DNA of 64,000 bases from the NCBI GenBank assembly GCA_965250085.1, contig OZ252287.1, positions 640,001 through 704,000 of the forward strand, read 5' to 3'. Below, piece after piece: positions 9,339-18,925 of the stretch. The notes beneath the pieces were generated by a model. It did no database searches. It was not told the DNA's origin and saw only the letters and a list, made by a program, of their open reading frames with translations. Position numbers and translations under genes: made by a program. Source of the stretch: Candidatus Altimarinota bacterium. Its GTDB lineage: Bacteria > Patescibacteriota > Gracilibacteria > CAIRYL01. The first letter of the stretch is position 1, and every line of letters begins with the position of its first letter.

Positions 9339-10145
9339 TTAAGGATTATGTATTTGTTTTTGAAATTCATCGGGAGTGATATGAATCATTTTTGTCATTC
9401 CTACCAGATCAAAAATTTCGAATATTTTTTCAGGAACATTTTGGAGTACTAAGTCACCGTTTTTTTTCTTCATTTTTTGTTTCCAATCAGCAACTTTTGC
9501 AAGAAATGTAGAATTGCAAAATTCAAGATGTGAAAAATCTAAAATCAAAAGCGTCGGTTCTTCTATATCATCAATAAACGAATCTATTGGCTCTGTATTT
9601 TTTTGAAATGTCACATCATCTATCTGCCCAGAAATAGGAAGTTTTTCTAAAGGGAGATGTGGATTGGGAAGACTTTTAAGCGAAGTATTGGCATGTATTT
9701 TGGGTACAGATTCTTCGCCTTCCACCAATATTTTCGTAAAAATCATGCAAATACCTCCTCTGGTACCATCATGTACTTTCAAAGAATCTGCCCATTTGCT
9801 AGAAATTTGTGCAAGTCCTCGACCCGATTGCTTTCCGAGATCTGTATTCGATTCTTCTGCAACGATTATTTTTTTTAGCTCCTGGGCCGAAATTTTCTTT
9901 TCTCCTCCTTCGTCTTCAAGAGAAACTTGAAGAGTCGGGTCTTCAAACTCAAAAGTAATGTAAATATTCGATTCCTCTGTAGATCCATACCGAACTGCAT
10001 TCATGAACAATTCATCAAACACAAGCTGTAGGTGCGAAAGGGTGCTTCCTTCAAATCCACATTCTTGAAATACACACATTGCAATGCTCCTAAGAGCAGG
10101 AGCAAGGTGAATATTGGCAGGAATGGTGAGAGGATACCTCTTCAT
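9339..10145 (-). CDS. RsbW-like HATPase_c kinase fused to a C-terminal STAS (RsbV-like) domain
   Basis: ELFMNAVRYG, LEDEG and SGRGL boxes, then STAS ILDFSHLEFCNST...EIFDLVGM. Confidence 0.85.
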   Translation of the reverse strand: MKRYPLTIPANIHLAPALRSIAMCVFQECGFEGSTLSHLQLVFDELFMNAVRYGSTEESNIYITFEFEDPTLQVSLEDEGGEKKISAQELKKIIVAEESNTDLGKQSGRGLAQISSKWADSLKVHDGTRGGICMIFTKILVEGEESVPKIHANTSLKSLPNPHLPLEKLPISGQIDDVTFQKNTEPIDSFIDDIEEPTLLILDFSHLEFCNSTFLAKVADWKQKMKKKNGDLVLQNVPEKIFEIFDLVGMTKMIHITPDEFQKQIHNP

Positions 10146-10209
10146 GGAGTGTGTTTTAATCCTTTCATTGTACCAAAAAAAAGGAGCAAAAGGAAGAAAA
10201 GAACTACTC

Positions 10210-11004
10210 TTATACCACTTTTTTACTCTTTTTACCTCTTTTTTCTGATATGTAAAATATCCAGGCTCCGACGAGTATGACCAGCACTGAAAGAATTTGC
10301 CCTAGAGAAAAAATACCTACTGGAAATCCAATTTGTGGATCTGGTTCTCGAAAAAACTCCACGAAAAATCGGAAAATTCCATACACAATCAAAAATCCTC
10401 CAAACAGCCTTTTTCCGCCAATCTTTGTGTTCTGACACAGAAAAAAGAAAAGGAGAAACAAAATTGCATCTTTTCCAGCGGCATAAAGCTGTGATGGGTG
10501 GCGCATGATTCCATCACCAAAATTTATTGCCCATGAAACATCTGCCACCCTCCCTATGAGTTCTTTGTTCATAAAATTGGCAATTCTCCCCAACATCATT
10601 CCAAGAGCAATCGCTGGGGGGACAACTCCTGCCATGTTCCAAACGGGAATATTTTTTTTCTTGAGAAAAAAAATGGCCGCCAAAGCTCCTCCCAGTAATC
10701 CTCCATGAATACTCATTCCGCCTTGCCAGACAGCGAAAATGCTCCAGGGATTATGGACAAAATATTCAAAATTATAGACCACGATATAAAAAATACGTCC
10801 TCCGATGACGCCTCCGAGAAATGCCCAAAAAACAAAATCTAAAAGTGTTTCGTTTGAAATATGGAGATTTCGTTTTTTTGCAATATATCGCACCAAAAAA
10901 TAGCCAAGCACTGCTGAAAGTGCATACATGGCTCCATAAAAATATATCGGCACGGAACCGATTTGCACAATAATGGAGGGATCAGGAAAGAATTGGATAT
11001 TCAT
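10210..11004 (-). CDS. lgt: Prolipoprotein diacylglyceryl transferase
   Basis: GGRIFYI, WQGGMSIHGG, GRIANFMNKEL.GR, RHPSQLY, RFFVEFFREPD. Confidence 0.96.
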   Translation of the reverse strand: MNIQFFPDPSIIVQIGSVPIYFYGAMYALSAVLGYFLVRYIAKKRNLHISNETLLDFVFWAFLGGVIGGRIFYIVVYNFEYFVHNPWSIFAVWQGGMSIHGGLLGGALAAIFFLKKKNIPVWNMAGVVPPAIALGMMLGRIANFMNKELIGRVADVSWAINFGDGIMRHPSQLYAAGKDAILFLLFFFLCQNTKIGGKRLFGGFLIVYGIFRFFVEFFREPDPQIGFPVGIFSLGQILSVLVILVGAWIFYISEKRGKKSKKVV

Positions 11005-11015
11005 CGTGAGAGATT

Positions 11016-11828
11016 TTACTGAGTTTCTTCTGTAGCTACCAGAGCTAAATGATCCCCCAGAAATGGGGGATCTATTCCTGCAAGTGAAACTCTTTCACGA
11101 TACTGCGTAGATTGATCAAATATAATATCTGCAAGTTTTCCATGTTCACCATAAAGAAGTGGAATCAAAAACTGATATTCACGGCTTCTTTGTTTTCGTC
11201 GAGCTCGTAATTGGCTTCTCCCTTCATCGACATCTCTTCTCACAGCTCTCTCGAGAGTTTTATGAGGATCATCAACAATAAGCAAATGAATGACTTTTGT
11301 GTTCGTACTTCTTCGTAAAGGAGCAACTATTTCTGCATTCATAGATCCTTCTGTAATAATTTCTGATGCATTTTGAGGAACGGGGATAGAAAGCCCTTTC
11401 CCATTCTGCACTGTTCCTGTCATACGATCATAATATTGTGGAATATGAACATCACCACCCGTTTCCATTGTTTCCAATATGTTCACAAGAGCAAGCTTCA
11501 TAGCACCCTGGTCACAGTATAATTTTCGAAAGGCTTCAATTCCATCAAGCAACATTCCCTCTTCTCTTTCATGACCCTCCCTGTTTGTTGCCAGAAAAAG
11601 ATCCATCGGAAGTTCCACAGTCATGGATCTAGAAAGCCCTAGTCGTTCTCGTATTTCTTCAACCTGCCTTAAAAATGATGTCTTTCCGGTTCCAGGGAGT
11701 GCTGAAATTGAAAATAATAGCTTTTGATCATTTTGATTCTCCAACCAATCTTCATGTGCCTGTAAGATCATTCCCTGTAAATCAGAAATTTTAGAGGTTA
11801 ATTGTGGTTTTATGTCTAAAGACTTCAT
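11016..11828 (-). CDS. P-loop kinase, uridine/pantothenate-kinase-like fold
   Basis: Walker A ALPGTGKTS, LPMDLF, YDRMTG, IITEG, RAVRRD. ATG at 11828 chosen. Confidence 0.65.
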   Translation of the reverse strand: MKSLDIKPQLTSKISDLQGMILQAHEDWLENQNDQKLLFSISALPGTGKTSFLRQVEEIRERLGLSRSMTVELPMDLFLATNREGHEREEGMLLDGIEAFRKLYCDQGAMKLALVNILETMETGGDVHIPQYYDRMTGTVQNGKGLSIPVPQNASEIITEGSMNAEIVAPLRRSTNTKVIHLLIVDDPHKTLERAVRRDVDEGRSQLRARRKQRSREYQFLIPLLYGEHGKLADIIFDQSTQYRERVSLAGIDPPFLGDHLALVATEETQ

Positions 11829-11884
11829 ATATTCAAAAAATACAAGAGTATATTCTAATAATTCCTTAAGAAATAACAAGGTTT

Positions 11885-13128
11885 TTATGCTTTTCCTCTC
11901 ATCACTAGTGTCGCTTCCAGTCTTTCGAGAGCCGTAATAAATGCTGCTTGGCGCATAGTGCACCCATATTTCTTTTCATTTTCTACTACCTTAAGAAGCG
12001 CGTCTTCCATAATACATTTGAGTTTTTCCTGTATCACTTCTTCATCCCAATAGTGATTCGTGTTGTTTTGAACTTGCTCAAAGTATGAGACGGTCACTCC
12101 ACCAGCATTGGCGAGGATATCTGGGATTATTTCAAATCCTTTTTCTGTGAGGATTGCATCTGCTTCGGGAGTGATGGGGCCATTTGCCAACTCTACAATG
12201 ATAGGTGCTTTGACTTCACTGGCATTTTCAATAGTGATTTGATTTTCATATGCGGCAAGTACCAGAACGTCTACATTTGTAGTGAGAAGTTCTTCATTGG
12301 TGATTTTTTTTCCCTTGGATACGCCTGCACGGTGCGTTTTTCTCGTTTTACCTGCATTGCGATTTCTGGATCAAGTCCTCCCTCCACAAAGATTCCTCCT
12401 GCGGAATCAGAGACGGCTACTATTTCTACTCTTTTGGGTCCAAGTTTTTTGAGAATTTTTGCCATATTTGCTCCGGCATTTCCAAATCCCTGAATCGCAA
12501 CTCTCATTTTGACAGGGCACGATCCTTTGACATCACAAAATTTATGAATCACATAGGCCCCTCCCTGCGCAGTAGCAGTTGCACGCCCCTTGCTTCCCCC
12601 AAACTCCAGAGGTTTACCAGTAACCACTCCCAAAACGTTGTATCCACGAAGAGTGGAATATTCATCTGCGATCCAGCTCATGATTTGAGCATTCGTGTAC
12701 ACATCAGGAGCAGGGACATCTTTTTTAGGCCCAATAATAGGAGCAATACGACGAGTATATCCACGCGTCAGTGCTTCCAATTCTCGATCAGAAAGTTCTT
12801 TGGGATTACAAATCACCCCTCCTTTTCCTCCTCCGAGTGGAATATCTACTACAGCACATTTCATTGTCATCCATGCGGCAAGCGCCTTCACTTCGTCTAT
12901 GTTCACATCCCAATGATAGCGAATTCCTCCCTTTGCGGGTCCGCGCAGAGTAGAGTGCTGCACACGATAGCCCTCAAACACCTTTGTTTCTCCACTGTCC
13001 ATTTTTACTGGGACAGAAACATGTAAGATTCGTTCTGGTTTCCGAAGGATCTGTTGTACATCTTCGCGAAGATTCATGATCTTTGCCGCATCTTCTATCT
13101 GCCGGAGGGTACTTTCATACAGAGACAT
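11885..13128 (-). pseudogene. gdhA: Glu/Leu/Phe/Val (glutamate) dehydrogenase split by a -1 frameshift near 12304-12316
   Basis: The 5' ORF has GPAKGGIR, GGGKGG, DVPAPD and QGFGNAG. After an A8 run the -1 frame continues [24 protein letters not shown]...ELANGP...[16 protein letters not shown] to the stop at 11885. Confidence 0.88.
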
Positions 13129-13328
13129 AGAAACAATTACGAGTTACGAATGCAGAATTACAAATATGAATTTCTAAAAGCTAATGGCTAAGAGCTAAAA
13201 GCTTACAAGATGTACCACTCAAAAACAGCGCATGTAACCTGATTGTAGTAAAGAAACAGGGAAAAGCGCAAATAAAAGGATTTTTGCTCTGCAAGAAATA
13301 TAACAATTTTTCATTTGAAAAAACTCTC

Positions 13329-13357
13329 TTGATTTTGTAGTACATATGTAATACAAT
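13329..13357 (+). promoter_or_regulatory. Sigma70 promoter of the TA operon with a palindromic operator
   Basis: TTGATT (13329-34), 17-nt spacer, TACAAT (13352-57). Near-perfect palindrome TTGTAgTACATATGTAaTACAA at 13335-13356. Confidence 0.75.
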
Positions 13358-13388
13358 AGACGTGTATTCACTAAAAAGAATCCCTAAA

Positions 13389-13670
13389 ATGCCCACTTCA
13401 TACGTTTCTAAAGATGCTTCTATACAAGTGCGTCTACCGGCAATAATAAAAACAAAAGCCAGAAAAAATGCCAAGGTTTTAGGTCTTTCTCTCTCTGATT
13501 ATCTTCGTTTTCTGATCATATCCGACACCAAGGAAGCAAAAATAACCGCTCAGAGTATACAGTTTTGGTTAGATGTACAAAAATCAGAAGAAGAATACAA
13601 AGCAGGTTTAGCAACAGAAACTTCTGCCCAAGATCTTATTCACATCGCTCAGCAAACCAGAAGTAAATAA
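13389..13670 (+). CDS. Type II antitoxin, ribbon-helix-helix (RelB/DinJ-like)
   Basis: IQVRLPAIIKTKARKNAKVLGLSLSDYLRFLI is an RHH pattern. The stop overlaps the toxin ATG (TAATG). Confidence 0.78.
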   Translation: MPTSYVSKDASIQVRLPAIIKTKARKNAKVLGLSLSDYLRFLIISDTKEAKITAQSIQFWLDVQKSEEEYKAGLATETSAQDLIHIAQQTRSK

Positions 13671-13987
13671 TGAAAATTTTTAAATCACCACAGTTTGTTC
13701 GGCTTTTTAAAAAATACGTTCGTAAAGTAACAAGAAACCAATTGAAAGAAGTAGAGGTGAATCTTAAGATGTTTGAAAAAAACTGGAAAGATCCCAGACT
13801 AAAAACTCATAAATTAACTCAGGTAAAAGGGAAATGGGCATTTACTGTTTTGAGAGATAAAACAAGAAATGACCGAATCATTTTTATTTTTAAGATACAA
13901 AAACTAAAAAGAACAACAGAAAAAGCTATATGGTTATTAGGGGTAGGAACACATGATGAAGTGTATGGAAAACAAATAAAAAGATGA
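13670..13987 (+). CDS. Type II toxin, RelE/ParE/YafQ-like mRNA interferase
   Basis: Basic 105-aa protein: SPQFVRLFKK, PRLKTHKL, WAFTV, RIIF, LGVGTHDEVY. Confidence 0.82.
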   Translation: MKIFKSPQFVRLFKKYVRKVTRNQLKEVEVNLKMFEKNWKDPRLKTHKLTQVKGKWAFTVLRDKTRNDRIIFIFKIQKLKRTTEKAIWLLGVGTHDEVYGKQIKR

Positions 13988-14054
13988 TAAAAATTTCTAT
14001 TTGAAAAAATCTTCTGCTTTCCGCATGATCAGATCGCATGTTTTTTAATAAAAA

Positions 14055-14849
14055 ATGAAACAGTATCTTGATTTGGCACGCCATATTATGAAGCGTGGAG
14101 TGGACAAAGGCGATCGCACCGGTACTGGAACCCGAAGCGTGTTTGGGCATCAGATGCGATTTGATCTTTCCGAAAAATTTCCCTTACTCACCACAAAAAA
14201 AATGTTTCTTAAAGGAGTTATTTATGAGCTCCTTTGGTTTTTACAAGGAAGCACCAACACCAAGTACCTCACTGAGAACAACGTGCATATCTGGGACGAA
14301 TGGGCAGATGAAGACGGAGAACTTGGGCCAGTGTATGGGAGACAGTGGCGACACTGGGAGAGTAGAGACGGACGAGTAATTGATCAAATTTCTAAAATTG
14401 TAGACCAGATCAAAAAGAACCCTGACTCACGCAGGCATATTGTAAGTGCCTGGAATGTAGGAGAGATTGAGAATATGGCGCTTCCACCATGTCATCTCCT
14501 GTTTCAGTTTTATGTCGATGACGGTAAATTATCCTGCCAGTTGTACCAACGCAGTGCTGATGTCTTCCTCGGTGTGCCGTTTAATATTGCGTCCTATGCG
14601 CTTCTCACCCTGATGATGGCTCAGATATGCGACTTGAAACCTGGAGAATTTGTGCATACTTTTGGTGATGCGCATATCTATACTAACCATTTTGAGCAAA
14701 TTAAAGAGCAACTCAGTCGTAAGCCACTCACGCCCCCAGTTATGAAGATAAATCCTAATGTCAAAAATATCTTTGACTTTACCTTTGAGGATTTTGAATT
14801 GCAGGAATACGAATATCATCCAGCAATTAAGGGGAAAATATCTGTGTGA
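14055..14849 (+). CDS. thyA: Thymidylate synthase
   Basis: [49 protein letters not shown]. Confidence 0.99.
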   Translation: MKQYLDLARHIMKRGVDKGDRTGTGTRSVFGHQMRFDLSEKFPLLTTKKMFLKGVIYELLWFLQGSTNTKYLTENNVHIWDEWADEDGELGPVYGRQWRHWESRDGRVIDQISKIVDQIKKNPDSRRHIVSAWNVGEIENMALPPCHLLFQFYVDDGKLSCQLYQRSADVFLGVPFNIASYALLTLMMAQICDLKPGEFVHTFGDAHIYTNHFEQIKEQLSRKPLTPPVMKINPNVKNIFDFTFEDFELQEYEYHPAIKGKISV

Positions 14850-14893
14850 TCTGATGAAATAATACTTTAGAAACTTTATAGCTTTAAACTGAG

Positions 14894-17122
14894 TTATATC
14901 ATCGGTTCTTCAAATTCCACTTCCTGAAATTTTTCATTTGCTGGAGACGCTTTTTCTGTGCTTGCATCCACCTCTTCCCATGCAGAAATAACATTTTCTA
15001 CTTGCTCCTTGGGAAGGCAGTAGTTTTCACGTGAAAACTGGCGGGCGGCTTCGGCAGAGTTATTTTTGTTATCATAAAATATATCAAGTGTACGGGCAGA
15101 AAACGCCTGTGTGGTTTCTCCATTGATCGAAATCTTGCAGCAAAAGTCTCTCATCGCAAGATTAATAATATCCTTGGGGGTAAAAATTGGAGAATATTCT
15201 TCAGCAAGAATATCGGCGTCTTCCGCTCCGACACGAAAGGAGATAATGGATCCGATATTTCCAAAGACAGTGGTACGAATACGCTCTGAGAGTTGTCCCA
15301 TAAATTGATGAGCGAGAGTAATATTGAGACGGTATTTTCGGGCTTCAGAGAGGATTTCATCAAAGGTGTCAGTCGCAAAGTTGTGAAACTCATCCACATA
15401 AAAATAGAAATCCTGACGTTCTTCTTCTGGCGTATCCGCCCGTGCCATAGCCGCCTGATAAATCTTAGTGACTGCCATCGCTCCCATAAGTCCCGCATTC
15501 TCTTCTCCGAGGATTCCTTTTGACACCTTCATCAGAAGGATCTTTCCCTCATCCATGATCTGGCGAAAATCAATTTTATTTTCTGGCTGACCAACAATAT
15601 TTCGAATCATATTGGTAGCAACAAATTGCCCCATTTTATTGAGCAGTGGCGTGATGGCCTCAGCATCAAACTTTTCACTCCAGGCGGCGAATTCATTCAC
15701 CCAGAAGTTCTTTACAAAATCTTCTTCAATCCCACGAATAATATACTGACGATAATTCTTGTCCGTTAGCATCTTCATGATCGAGAGTACTGTAGTGTTG
15801 GGCGAATCCAGAAGCGCGAGGATAGTGTACCTCAGAACATGTTCGAGCTTGGCATTCCAGTTCGTACCAAAAAGTTTTTTAAAGATTTCTATAAACCCTA
15901 TGGTAACGCGCATTTTGAGCTCTGGGGGAACTTTTTCTAGCGGATTAAATCCAATAGGAAAGTCCATATCGGCCGGATCAAACAGTACGACATCTTTAAT
16001 TCGATTTTCCGGAATCATCTTGAGTACATTGTCTACGAGATCTCCATGGGGATCGAGAACACCCACTCCCCTCCCATTGATAAGATCGTTACGAATGAGG
16101 AGTTCTAGTAGTTTTGACTTTCCTGATCCTGATTTTCCTACGGTATATACGTGTCTGCGCCTATCAGCACGAAAAATTCCAAATGGAACTCGGGAATTAT
16201 GAAAATTTGTTTCTCCAAAAAATGAAATGTCAGGATTGTTTTGATCAATCGGAAGCGTAGATGGTGGATCTGATTTTTTACTGAGCACATAGACAATATT
16301 GGGTACTTCTCGATCGTTGGGAAGATGATACATAGTGGCAAGTTCTTCAAGTGAGTATTTGTGCCTTCGTCCCATTTTACGAGCTTTCATTGCTGCAAAA
16401 AATCCAGCTCCCTTTTTTGCGCCATTTTGCTTGATGCGATTGAGATCAAGAGTATTAAATTGTGAAAAAGCTCGTACAATAGAATTGAGACGTGCCTTTT
16501 GTTGCTGCTGAGTCGTGCCAAAAACACATACTCTCACCGATCCATCAAACATTCGATGGGTATTTTTCTTTTTAATCGCTTCTTTTATGAACTTTCGTAC
16601 TCCTCCTTTTTTAAACCAGAATTTGACTCGAAAAATATGACGAATGCCTTCCATCCACTTGCGAATACCTCTGAAAAAATGAAATCCTCCAGAGTCAAAC
16701 TGGGGCTTGATGATGTATTGAACAAGTACGCTCTCGTGAACCGGGGTTTTGGAAAGGGTAGAAAGGAGAGCGGCAAGTGAGTCGCCTTCAAACTCCTCAT
16801 AGGTTTTGAGCGGCAGCACATCTGTTTTTTGGAGTCCAAGTTCCGTGCCAAGAAATGTATTTTGTCCCTTGGAAAGATAGGAAAGGAAATCGGGTATTTC
16901 CAAAATATCTGCCTCTGGATAGAGTGAATAGAGCTGTCCACGAATAAGATCTCCGAGTTGGTCATCAGCACTAAATCCGAAGGAAATATGCTGTTGATGC
17001 GCAAACATTTCAAAACTTACTTGGCGGCTACCAAGACTCTCATGCAGAAGCTCAAGAAGCTGTTTGAATGTTTCTTCCTTTTTCTGATTGTTCGGCGGAA
17101 TCTTGACCAGAAACGTCTTCAT
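14894..17122 (-). CDS. VirD4/TraG/TrwB/HerA-like P-loop ATPase (type IV coupling-protein family)
   Basis: RRRHVYTVGKSGSGKS (Walker A), LDPHGDL, FYVDEFHNF (Walker B), LSEARKYR, AHQF..QL, GNIGSIISFRVG. Confidence 0.88.
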   Translation of the reverse strand: MKTFLVKIPPNNQKKEETFKQLLELLHESLGSRQVSFEMFAHQQHISFGFSADDQLGDLIRGQLYSLYPEADILEIPDFLSYLSKGQNTFLGTELGLQKTDVLPLKTYEEFEGDSLAALLSTLSKTPVHESVLVQYIIKPQFDSGGFHFFRGIRKWMEGIRHIFRVKFWFKKGGVRKFIKEAIKKKNTHRMFDGSVRVCVFGTTQQQQKARLNSIVRAFSQFNTLDLNRIKQNGAKKGAGFFAAMKARKMGRRHKYSLEELATMYHLPNDREVPNIVYVLSKKSDPPSTLPIDQNNPDISFFGETNFHNSRVPFGIFRADRRRHVYTVGKSGSGKSKLLELLIRNDLINGRGVGVLDPHGDLVDNVLKMIPENRIKDVVLFDPADMDFPIGFNPLEKVPPELKMRVTIGFIEIFKKLFGTNWNAKLEHVLRYTILALLDSPNTTVLSIMKMLTDKNYRQYIIRGIEEDFVKNFWVNEFAAWSEKFDAEAITPLLNKMGQFVATNMIRNIVGQPENKIDFRQIMDEGKILLMKVSKGILGEENAGLMGAMAVTKIYQAAMARADTPEEERQDFYFYVDEFHNFATDTFDEILSEARKYRLNITLAHQFMGQLSERIRTTVFGNIGSIISFRVGAEDADILAEEYSPIFTPKDIINLAMRDFCCKISINGETTQAFSARTLDIFYDNKNNSAEAARQFSRENYCLPKEQVENVISAWEEVDASTEKASPANEKFQEVEFEEPMI

Positions 17123-17182
17123 ATCATCATTGTATCAGAAGATACCATTTGTACACCAAAATTCGTTATTTTGCAATGAGTT

Positions 17183-17248
17183 CCTCCCTTAACAAGGGAG
17201 ATTAGGTGGGTTTTAAACCCCTTTGAGTCCCCCTTTCCAAGGGGGAAG
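17183..17248. repeat. REP-like double palindrome, family A
   Basis: ctcccttaacaagggag...ccccctttccaaggggg. Related copies at 22905, 49935 and 56340. Confidence 0.75.
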
Positions 17249-18907
17249 CTAATACACTTCTGTCAAATAGCACTCTTCACAATACACGATTTCTGGGCGA
17301 TCTGGATCATAACTGGTTTGGATTTCTTTCTTGCATTTTGCGCAATTGCGATCCCAGAGTTTCCGGGGATTACGCATATTGCTTCGCTTTTTGTGACGCA
17401 CCAAAAAATGCTCATGAGGAATGGGGAAATGCATTCGTCTATATAAATCAAGCTCTGCTCTTTGAATCTTAAAGAGTTCTCCAGAGGCGTGGCAGGCTAT
17501 CGCCCAGTTGAGAATATCATCTGGGATTGTATCAATTGTGTCCGGAAGTTTGGATGCAGGAATTTTTTTACTCACATCAGAAAAATCTGCTTCTTCATCA
17601 TCTTTCCATTTATATCCTTTTGCGAACGCTTCATCTTTAGACAGAGGATAGTAGTCTTGGGCCATAGTCTGGTTATAACCAAATGAAGAGATATGTATGG
17701 GAAAAAACTCTCCATATTCCCCTGTTTCAATCATATGCTTTTTGATTCGCGGGATGAGATCTTCATATTCTTCTTTGGTGTATTGTTTGTTCAAAATGCA
17801 GTACTGCTTGTGCCGAAGCCCCATACAGCCAAAAATGTGTGAGGAATGAGGAGAGTACATACAGTATTCTGCATCACTGCACTGTCCCAGTGAATGTGCA
17901 CAAAACTTCATATTATGTGATCCGTATCCACATACAGTGCACTCATACAGTAATTCTCCTTCACCACATTCATGAATATCCATACAGTTTTTTAGTGGCA
18001 TGAATCCCTGATAGATATATTTTGAATCCCAGAGATTTGAACTATCGAAGCAATGCTCTGCATTTTTACAGTGATCGAGGTATTCACCAAAGACGTTTTC
18101 ATTGTGCACGCCATGTAAATATTTTTGTGGAAATTTAATCTGAAATTTTTGAAATTCTTCACGAGTTTTTTGAACCTCTTTCCAAGATCTGAGTTTTTGT
18201 GCATATGATTCGTATGCTTCCTTTGTCGCTTCTTTATTGTGGATGTAATACCGTTTATTACGCAGGTTCACAGAAAAGATACAATTCTTGCAGCCAATAC
18301 AATTTTTAAGAAAATAGCTATCTGAACAACCTTCTGAGTCTTGGAGAAAAGACGAATTATAGCAATTATAGCTATCGACACATTCGTAGCACAGTTCGCA
18401 TTTACGAGCTCTGTAACAATCCATGCAGTTTTTACATCCGTTTATACTGTACCCATACAGACAATCCCAGTTTTCATCAGAGTCAAAAATGAAATAACAA
18501 TTTTTATTTTTCCCAGCATGATTGGTATATGGTGAGTTCTCATCAAATTGGTATCCAGTAAAAAGATTAGGGCGAGGCACTCTCTCAAAAAGATCTTTGA
18601 ATTGGTCAAAGAACGGCTTACTAAAGTCATATTCTCTTCCATATTCCAATGGATCCCATTTATCGCTATACCAAACTTCTTGACCATAAACCCTATATGG
18701 ACTTGACGAAGGGAAATTGGAAATAACATTTTTCCCTGTGAGGTCACACTTGCGCTTATAAAGAAAGAGTTGGTTTGGTTGTGCCAATCTACGTTGTTGG
18801 CGACAATCAATGCAGTGTGTTGGATTTGGAACATCTATTTTTTTATAAAACTCCTGGTCTTCAGGAAAAATATGGAATTCTGCCGAACAATTTATACAAG
18901 TTTTCAT
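17249..18907 (-). CDS. Cys-rich zinc-ribbon protein, paralogue 1
   Basis: N-terminal CxxC..CxxC ribbon (zf-trcl-like), WDPLEYGR, long Cys-periodic repeat, GEFFP, C-terminal CxxC-x17-CxxC. Confidence 0.88.
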   Translation of the reverse strand: MKTCINCSAEFHIFPEDQEFYKKIDVPNPTHCIDCRQQRRLAQPNQLFLYKRKCDLTGKNVISNFPSSSPYRVYGQEVWYSDKWDPLEYGREYDFSKPFFDQFKDLFERVPRPNLFTGYQFDENSPYTNHAGKNKNCYFIFDSDENWDCLYGYSINGCKNCMDCYRARKCELCYECVDSYNCYNSSFLQDSEGCSDSYFLKNCIGCKNCIFSVNLRNKRYYIHNKEATKEAYESYAQKLRSWKEVQKTREEFQKFQIKFPQKYLHGVHNENVFGEYLDHCKNAEHCFDSSNLWDSKYIYQGFMPLKNCMDIHECGEGELLYECTVCGYGSHNMKFCAHSLGQCSDAEYCMYSPHSSHIFGCMGLRHKQYCILNKQYTKEEYEDLIPRIKKHMIETGEYGEFFPIHISSFGYNQTMAQDYYPLSKDEAFAKGYKWKDDEEADFSDVSKKIPASKLPDTIDTIPDDILNWAIACHASGELFKIQRAELDLYRRMHFPIPHEHFLVRHKKRSNMRNPRKLWDRNCAKCKKEIQTSYDPDRPEIVYCEECYLTEVY

Positions 18908-18925
18908 GTATGGAAAAACAGAGTA

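Noticed and set aside
14894-17122. Conjugative element / ICE around the VirD4-like ATPase
   Set aside because: No relaxase, VirB4, integrase or oriT-like context. Stand-alone ATPases of this type are common chromosomal genes in CPR.
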